Source: Flavobacteriales bacterium
Lineage (GTDB): Bacteria; Bacteroidota; Bacteroidia; Flavobacteriales; UBA7312
Assembly (NCBI GenBank): GCA_016779995.1
Contig: JADHMO010000005.1
Location: 99-64,098, forward strand
Direction: 5' to 3'
DNA length: 64,000 nt
This document shows positions 59,588-64,000 of this stretch, piece by piece. The notes beneath the pieces are model-generated. The model was not told the DNA's origin. It ran no database searches and saw only the letters and a list, made by a program, of their open reading frames with translations. How positions within the stretch are numbered: position 1 is the stretch's first letter; the number at the start of each line of letters is the position of its first letter. The position numbers were made by a program, and so were the translations under genes.

Positions 59588-60649
59588 TTATTGTTGCGTT
59601 GACGAAACAATAAGCTCAATAGGCATGTAGAGTGTACTACAGTCTTTTATTGGTTTTATTCCAGCAAGTGAACTATGAATAAACTCTTTATATTTTGACA
59701 CAACTTCATCAGCGTTAATATCTTGTATATAAATGAATTCTAAATTAGTCATGTTTTTAATTAGCTTACGGTCAATCTCTAGATTGTATTTTGGAATTGA
59801 GTAGCCAGAAATTACGAGAATATTAGTGTCTTTAGTATGTTCTAGTGCTGATTTTAATACGCTTCTGTTTTCCCCTCCCCATTCTTCTTCATAAGCAAAT
59901 GATAATAAAGAGTAGAGTTTTTTTTCAGTCGCAAACATATATCTTCTTAGGATTTCCTTTATTGAGTCTTCCAAGACTGTTGAGTGTTTATTCGTAAAAT
60001 AATGCTCATTATGTTCTCTATCCAAGAAGCCAAGCATACCATTTAACTTAAAGATTTGTGGATTATGGGCGAAGCTTCTATGTTTAGTTGTCATTTTGAG
60101 ATTTGAAAAGGATGTTTTATGCCCCCAATCGTTTTCGAAAAACTCTTCGTATGATGACTCTATAAGATTATCGTAATTCCAACTTAATATTTTAATCTCT
60201 TTTTTTAACGAATAATCGTGCAATTGGTCTGTAAAAAAATCTTTATATCTAGTTTCTCTCAATCTCTTTATCAATTGATTGTTTTTGAAAATTTCTTTTC
60301 CTCGTATTTCAAGTATCGTTAAAGCTACTGAATACGTATGTTTAAATTCGTTAGATACAGGCTGATTTCTAACAAGTTGTCTTTTGCAATATGCGTCAAC
60401 AGATAGTCCAAATTTTCTCACTCTTTCTACCATATCTTTTAAATTTGATATAAGTGTATTTGCTGCCTCTTCTTGTGTGAATTTTAAATCTCCAACTTGA
60501 AGTACTTCCTTAGCATTAAAATTCTTACTGTGTTTATAATTCTCAAGTAATGAAATGACACTAAAAATAGCATTATTCATTTCTTTAACGACTGGCATCC
60601 CATTTGCACTAGCCCCAGCCCCTAATAAGTAGGTTACATTTTTTTTCAT
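59588..60649 (-). CDS. SIR2-like (SIR2_2 / DHS-like NAD-binding fold) family protein, orphan
   Basis: 353 aa. Ordered motifs LLGAGAS (aa 8-14), ILSWNYDNLIE (154-164), IFKLNG (199-204, Asn where SIR2 enzymes have the catalytic His) and ILVISGYSI (277-285). The gene is AT-rich relative to its flanks and has its own consensus -7 box. Confidence 0.65.
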   Translation of the reverse strand: MKKNVTYLLGAGASANGMPVVKEMNNAIFSVISLLENYKHSKNFNAKEVLQVGDLKFTQEEAANTLISNLKDMVERVRKFGLSVDAYCKRQLVRNQPVSNEFKHTYSVALTILEIRGKEIFKNNQLIKRLRETRYKDFFTDQLHDYSLKKEIKILSWNYDNLIESSYEEFFENDWGHKTSFSNLKMTTKHRSFAHNPQIFKLNGMLGFLDREHNEHYFTNKHSTVLEDSIKEILRRYMFATEKKLYSLLSFAYEEEWGGENRSVLKSALEHTKDTNILVISGYSIPKYNLEIDRKLIKNMTNLEFIYIQDINADEVVSKYKEFIHSSLAGIKPIKDCSTLYMPIELIVSSTQQ

Positions 60650-60670
60650 GTTCTTTAATTTTGTTCAATC

Positions 60671-60678
60671 CAAATCTA
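60671..60678 (-). promoter_or_regulatory. Bacteroidota -7 promoter box (TAGATTTG on minus strand) for the SIR2-like gene
   Basis: Exact TAnnTTTG 21 nt upstream of the ATG at 60649. A TTG lies 20 nt further upstream on the same strand. Confidence 0.45.
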
Positions 60679-60718
60679 AAGAATATCAATTTAAAACTCA
60701 ACATTTAAATCATTATAT

Positions 60719-60726
60719 TATATTTG
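60719..60726 (+). promoter_or_regulatory. Bacteroidota -7 promoter box (TATATTTG) for dnaX
   Basis: Exact TAnnTTTG. The ORF-track TTG start (60724) lies within it, so translation more likely starts at the ATG at 60736 or 60745. Confidence 0.45.
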
Positions 60727-60735
60727 TTTTCCCAA

Positions 60736-62508
60736 ATGAATCAGATGGAAAATTTTGTTGTTTCGGCTCGTAAATACCGCCCTGCTACATTCGATACTGT
60801 AGTGGGTCAGCAGTCCATTACCAACACTTTAAAAAATGCCATCAAAAACAACCATTTGGCTCAAGCTTTTTTATTTTGTGGTCCTCGAGGAGTTGGCAAA
60901 ACATCTTGTGCCCGTATTTTAGCTAAGACCATCAACTGCATGAATCTTAGCCCAGAAATAGAGGCTTGTAACGAATGTGAGTCCTGCCAAGGCTTTAACA
61001 ACAACCACTCATTCAACATTCATGAATTGGACGCTGCCTCCAATAATGGCGTGGATAAAATTCGTGAGTTAGTAGATCAGGTACGCTTTGCACCACAAGT
61101 AGGCAAGTACAATATCTACATCATTGATGAGGTACATATGTTATCTCAAGCGGCTTTTAACGCTTTTCTAAAAACTTTAGAAGAACCCCCTGCTCATGCC
61201 TTGTTCATACTTGCTACTACCGAAAAACATAAAATCATACCAACCATTTTATCACGTTGTCAAATATTTGATTTCAAGCGCATACAAATTGCTGATATCG
61301 CTGAGCACTTGGCTTATGTGGCAAAAAATGAAGGTATTGACGCCGAGCAAGAAGCCTTGCACATCATTGCTCAAAAGGCCGATGGCGCACTGAGAGATGC
61401 TTTATCTATTTTTGATCAAATCATTAGTTTTTGTGGCGATAAACTGACTTATCAAGCCGTTATACAAAACCTTAACATACTTGATTACGACTATTACTTC
61501 AAAGTAACTGATGCTTTGTATCATTCGGATATTCCTACGGCACTCAACGAATTCAACGAAATCCTAAATAACGGTTTTGACGGCCATCATTTTATCAACG
61601 GCTTGGGCATGCACTTCAGAAATTTACTGGTAGCTAAGGATAGTAGTACACTAAGTTTATTGGAAGTTGGCGATAGCATCAAAACGCGATACCTCGAACA
61701 AAGCCAAAGTTGGCAACAACAACACTTATTACAGGCTCTTGAACTTTGCAATAAAGTGGACTTGAACTACAGAATGAGTAAAAATCAGCGTCTGTTGGTT
61801 GAAATTACCTTAATGCAAATTTGTGGCGTTAAAGAAGATAATACTACAGTAGAAAAAAAAACTTTCGTCGTTAAGCAAAAGCCGTCAAACGAAGTAAAAA
61901 CTGTAGTAACAAAGGAAATTGAAGAGCAAAAAGTAGTTGCTACTCCATCAATCCTACCAAAAGATGAAGAAAAAGTAGAAATTGACATACCCAAGACATC
62001 CACAAAAGCCATTAAAATTGTCAACTTTAAAGACAACATTCCGAAAAAGACCATTTCCATTAACCCTCATTCTAAAACAGAAAAACAAGATGAGAAAAAG
62101 GATAATAGTGTAGTCCAAGAAGAAAAGCGTAATGAACAAGCGTTTTCACAAGAAGACCTCAACGAAAAATGGGAACAATACGCCAATGAAAAAGAGAACG
62201 TTGGCAAACACAATTTACTATCTATTCTAAAAGATAAAAAAGCCATATTGAAAGAAAGCTTCAATGTGTGCATAACATTAGACAATAAAGTTCAAGAAGA
62301 GGTGATAAACGATGAAAAGACTAAGCTTTTAGGGTATCTGAAGTCACAACTAGAAAACGATTACATCAGCTTAACAGTTGAGGTTACACCTCTTAAAGAA
62401 GAAGAAATGAAAGCTTATACTGCTGAAGATAAATTTAAAAAAATGGTCAAAAAAAATCCTGACTTATTGAATCTAAAGGATAAATTTGACCTCGAAATAG
62501 ACTTCTAA
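60736..62508 (+). CDS. dnaX: DNA polymerase III subunit gamma/tau
   Basis: ARKYRPATFDTVVGQ, Walker A GPRGVGKTS, zinc module CNECESC, IIDEVHMLS, and sensor ILSRCQ. Long Lys/Glu-rich tau-type C-terminus. Start at 60736 (MNQMENF..) or 60745 (MENF..). Confidence 0.93.
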   Translation: MNQMENFVVSARKYRPATFDTVVGQQSITNTLKNAIKNNHLAQAFLFCGPRGVGKTSCARILAKTINCMNLSPEIEACNECESCQGFNNNHSFNIHELDAASNNGVDKIRELVDQVRFAPQVGKYNIYIIDEVHMLSQAAFNAFLKTLEEPPAHALFILATTEKHKIIPTILSRCQIFDFKRIQIADIAEHLAYVAKNEGIDAEQEALHIIAQKADGALRDALSIFDQIISFCGDKLTYQAVIQNLNILDYDYYFKVTDALYHSDIPTALNEFNEILNNGFDGHHFINGLGMHFRNLLVAKDSSTLSLLEVGDSIKTRYLEQSQSWQQQHLLQALELCNKVDLNYRMSKNQRLLVEITLMQICGVKEDNTTVEKKTFVVKQKPSNEVKTVVTKEIEEQKVVATPSILPKDEEKVEIDIPKTSTKAIKIVNFKDNIPKKTISINPHSKTEKQDEKKDNSVVQEEKRNEQAFSQEDLNEKWEQYANEKENVGKHNLLSILKDKKAILKESFNVCITLDNKVQEEVINDEKTKLLGYLKSQLENDYISLTVEVTPLKEEEMKAYTAEDKFKKMVKKNPDLLNLKDKFDLEIDF

Positions 62509-62525
62509 TTACTAAACAAAAAACT

Positions 62526-64000
62526 ATGAAATCCAAATTAACCATTATTCTTATTCTAGTCGCTTTAGCATGGATAGGATATAACGTCAATAAAAACATG
62601 AATAAATTAGAGAATAGCTACGAGAAGGTGCAAAACGATCCTATGAATGCCAGAATTTATACCTTGGACAATGGGCTTAAAGTTTACCTTTCAGTATATA
62701 AGGATGCTCCAAGAGTACAAACTTATATTGCTGTAAGAGCTGGTAGTAAAAATGACCCTGCCGATGCCACAGGTTTAGCACATTATCTAGAGCATATGTT
62801 GTTTAAGGGCACGGACAAATATGGATCTTTAGACTATGCTAAAGAAGAACCTATGCTTAAAGAAATAGAAGCTTTGTATGAAGAGTACCGTCAAATTGAT
62901 ATGAATGATACTGAAAATAGAGACAGAGTTTGGGCTCAAATTGATTCTATTTCTGGAGAAGCTGCCAAATTTGCTATCGCTAACGAATACGACAAAATGG
63001 TTTCTAACATAGGGGCTAAAGGAACCAATGCCTACACCTCTGCCGAGGCAACCGTTTATGTCAATGATATACCTTCCAATCAATTAGAAAAATGGTTAGA
63101 CATAGAGTCTGAGCGTTTTCGTATGCCAGTCTTTCGTCTCTTTCACACTGAACTAGAGGCTGTTTACGAAGAAAAAAACAGAGGATTAGATAGCGACGGT
63201 CGTAAAATGTTTGAGGCATTATTAGAAGGTCTTTTCCAAAAACATACCTATGGAACACAAACTACCATAGGTACTATTGAGCACCTTAAGAATCCTTCTC
63301 TTTCGGAGATTAGAAAATATTTCAACAAAAACTATGTGCCAAACAATATGGCTATATGTATGTCAGGAGATTTTAACCCTGATTCGGTAATCAATTGGGT
63401 TAACCAAAAGTTTGGTGCTTATGAAAGAAAAGACGACCCAGAGTTCGCACCTGGCGTTGAAGAACCCATATCCGAACCAATTATAAAAGATGTTTTCGGT
63501 CCTGAAACAGAAAGAATTTACTTAGGCTATCGTTTCCCAGGCGTCAAGGATAGAGAAACACAAGTAATGCGAATTATTGATATGGTGTTAAGTAATAGTC
63601 AAGCAGGTCTTATTGACCTTAACTTGAACCAGCAACAAAAAGTACTTCAAGCCAGTTGTTTCCCATACATCCTATCAGACTACAGTACGCATATTTTATA
63701 TGGTTCTCCAAAGCAAGGGCAATCTTTAGACGAATTGAAAGACTTGCTTATCGCCGAAGTAGAAAAAGTTAAAAATGGTGATTTCCCAGATTGGCTTTTA
63801 CCAGCTATTATTAGCGATATGAAACTTTCAAAAATTAAAGTTTACGAAAGCAACTCAAGTAGAGCCAATGAATTTGTACAATCGTTTATTCAACGTATCG
63901 AATGGAAAGACTACGTTAAAGAAATGGAAGTACTAGAAAGTATTACCAAAGAAGAAGTCATGGAGGTAGCTAAAAAATACTACCAAGACAATTATGTTTA
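62526..64000 (+). CDS. M16 (insulinase/pitrilysin) family zinc peptidase, 3' end outside window
   Basis: Not in the ORF track because the frame stays open to the window edge. My translation from the ATG at 62526 reads MKSKLTIILILVALAW...RAGSKNDPADATGLAHYLEHMLFKGTDKYG. It has the inverted zinc motif HxxEH (HYLEH) and a signal/anchor helix. Confidence 0.85.
   Translation, partial: MKSKLTIILILVALAWIGYNVNKNMNKLENSYEKVQNDPMNARIYTLDNGLKVYLSVYKDAPRVQTYIAVRAGSKNDPADATGLAHYLEHMLFKGTDKYGSLDYAKEEPMLKEIEALYEEYRQIDMNDTENRDRVWAQIDSISGEAAKFAIANEYDKMVSNIGAKGTNAYTSAEATVYVNDIPSNQLEKWLDIESERFRMPVFRLFHTELEAVYEEKNRGLDSDGRKMFEALLEGLFQKHTYGTQTTIGTIEHLKNPSLSEIRKYFNKNYVPNNMAICMSGDFNPDSVINWVNQKFGAYERKDDPEFAPGVEEPISEPIIKDVFGPETERIYLGYRFPGVKDRETQVMRIIDMVLSNSQAGLIDLNLNQQQKVLQASCFPYILSDYSTHILYGSPKQGQSLDELKDLLIAEVEKVKNGDFPDWLLPAIISDMKLSKIKVYESNSSRANEFVQSFIQRIEWKDYVKEMEVLESITKEEVMEVAKKYYQDNYV

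Noticed and set aside
62437-62456. The A7 and A8 runs near the 3' end of dnaX as additional frameshift sites.
   Set aside because: They lie within the last ~25 codons, so slippage there would not yield a distinct gamma-like product. They are better explained by AT-rich Lys codon usage.
62829-63258. Minus-strand ORFs 62829-63083 and 63061-63258.
   Set aside because: They lie antisense within the open-ended plus-strand M16 peptidase gene (HYLEH zinc motif), which the ORF track omits only because it has no stop in the window.

Overview
This is a dense, mostly core-genome chromosomal segment from a low-GC member of the Bacteroidota, probably Flavobacteriia-like. The taxonomic evidence is two proteins with T9SS C-terminal sorting domains, repeated TAnnTTTG -7 promoter boxes just upstream of start codons, and Bacteroidota-typical families (GH3-like, DUF2797-like, DUF5606-like, DUF5777-like). 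I call 2 tRNAs, about 55 protein genes, one decayed gene remnant, nine hairpin terminators and a set of promoter boxes. One gene (M16 peptidase) runs off the right edge and is missing from the ORF track. Several ORF-track starts are over-extended into promoter boxes or neighbouring genes and are corrected here. Core content includes mutS, folK, sppA, hppA, pdhB, etfBA, thyA-folA, clpX-clpP-tig, holA, pyrG, yidC, mqnA, purB, aconitase, rpsF-rpsR-rplI and dnaX. I saw no CRISPR array, IS element, integrase, prophage or rRNA. The best candidate for something undescribed is an orphan, AT-rich, separately promoted SIR2-like gene (59588-60649) between mscS and dnaX. It keeps the SIR2 glycine loop and the NYD and GYS motifs but reads Asn where the catalytic His is expected, and it has no known partner gene. 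Other second-look items: a C11/G11 tract with a hairpin and direct repeats upstream of a 995-aa T9SS surface protein, which may be a phase-variation switch; an A9 slippery run at the domain III/IV boundary of dnaX with stops close by in both alternative frames; a 130-aa C-terminal add-on to the membrane pyrophosphatase; a lipocalin-like N-terminal fusion on the NupC transporter; a translationally coupled thyA-saccharopine dehydrogenase-folA operon; and a frameshifted tail-fibre-like gene remnant in a small AT-rich islet. All family assignments come from reading motifs by eye, with no database search.
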